64,000 nucleotides of DNA from Utricularia gibba (lineage: Eukaryota; Plantae; Magnoliophyta), in contig NEEC01000007.1 in assembly GCA_002189035.1 (NCBI GenBank), positions 3,640,654 to 3,704,653 on the forward strand, read 5' to 3'. The notes below the pieces were generated by a model, which was given only the letters and a program-made list of their open reading frames with translations, did not search any database and was not told where the DNA came from. A program made the translations under genes and the position numbers. Below, in pieces: positions 63,601 to 64,000 of this stretch. Numbering within the stretch: the stretch's first letter is position 1; each line of letters opens with the position of its first letter.

Positions 63601-64000
63601 ATCGTGATGCAGTTATTGAAGTTAGGATTTCATGAGCACCCAAAATGCTTTTCAATCGCATGCTTTGTAGTTGAGGAGGCGCTCTAGTGGGGCACGGTAT
63701 CGGCAAAAGGTCGAGTCGGGCTCGCCCAGAGTCATTTTTAGCCTGAAAAAATTGATGCATTTATTAACGTTGGGTTTTAATAGGCTGCCTACATGGTTTC
63801 TCAAGGAAAAGCTTGTCGTTTCTGGCGGGTGATGTCTTTTGGAACTTCGTTCTGACCATAGGTTCGGTCTGACTCCTTTGCCACATCGGGTCCTACTCGA
63901 CGAAAATCGTGATGCAGTTATTGAAGTTAGGATTCATGAGCACCAAAATGGTTTTCTCAACCATGCTTTATATTTGATAAGGTGCTCTCGTGGGGCAACG
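45629..64000 (+). repeat. Mixed domain: B-A dimers interspersed with short C runs and many hybrid monomers
   Basis: B/A alternation at 57127-58990 and 60839-61455; C runs at 49641-50566, 53019-53937, 55788-56408 and 59919-60531. Many units mix diagnostic bases from different classes. Confidence 0.7.
56721..57126 (+). repeat. Fused A/B unit (406 bp): about 220 bp deleted from an A-B dimer, removing one anchor box
   Basis: At 56876-56910 the sequence reads AACGTCTGCCTACATAAGGCTCAACGGTATCGAG, joining the start of A subunit 2 to the middle of B subunit 1. Confidence 0.9.

Larger units (their letters stand above)
1..64000 (+). repeat. Tandem satellite DNA array, ~313-bp monomer, ~207 units, all head-to-tail in one orientation; continues past both window ends
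   Basis: Anchor GCAGTTATTGAAGTTAGG recurs at 94, 407, 721, 1031, 1338, 1646 ... 63609, 63914 (208 by manual count; 63820/207 = ~308 bp mean). I found no non-repeat sequence. HindIII AAGCTT occurs about once per unit (e.g. 617-622). Confidence 0.99.

Noticed and set aside
138-63760. Hundreds of 60-211-aa ORFs on both strands with recurring peptides (MHQVFCRATNDYG..., ...LGAHEILTSITASRFSSSRT..., ...PHRVLLDENRDAVIEVRIHEHPKW...)
   Set aside because: They are translations of the same monomer in all six frames. Their boundaries shift with single-base indels, they overlap antisense to each other, and I recognise no domain.
1-64000. CRISPR-like array (conserved box separated by variable sequence)
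   Set aside because: The intervening ~250 bp are homologous to each other rather than unique spacers, the lengths do not fit CRISPR, and there are no cas genes.

Overview
The whole 64 kb is one uninterrupted, single-orientation tandem satellite array. I can support no gene, RNA gene, transposon or CRISPR locus, and every ORF in the supplied track is a chance reading of the repeat. Counting the anchor GCAGTTATTGAAGTTAGG by hand gives 208 copies (first at 94, last at 63914), so about 207 units averaging about 308 bp. Intact units are 313-315 bp; one counted unit is 45.5% GC. The structure is nested: each unit is a diverged dimer of two ~157-bp subunits, there is a weaker ~78-bp periodicity beneath that, and four monomer classes (A, B, C/C', D) form higher-order repeats. 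These are an 8-unit ~2.5-kb HOR (B-A-B-A-C-C'-D-C) in the first ~11 kb, a (B-A)n ~620-bp dimer domain at ~17-35 kb, C runs and a (C'-D)n block at ~37-46 kb, and a mosaic right end. A 64-bp box spanning the subunit junction is almost invariant. Four units are structurally rearranged (~18.1, 19.5, 42.6 and 56.9 kb). Unit length, AT content and a SacI site resemble my recollection of the Silene latifolia SacI/X43.1 subtelomeric satellite, but this is unverified. Frequent homopolymer deletions and mosaic monomers suggest long-read or polishing noise, so fine-scale variants need read-level confirmation. All counts and coordinates were made by eye.
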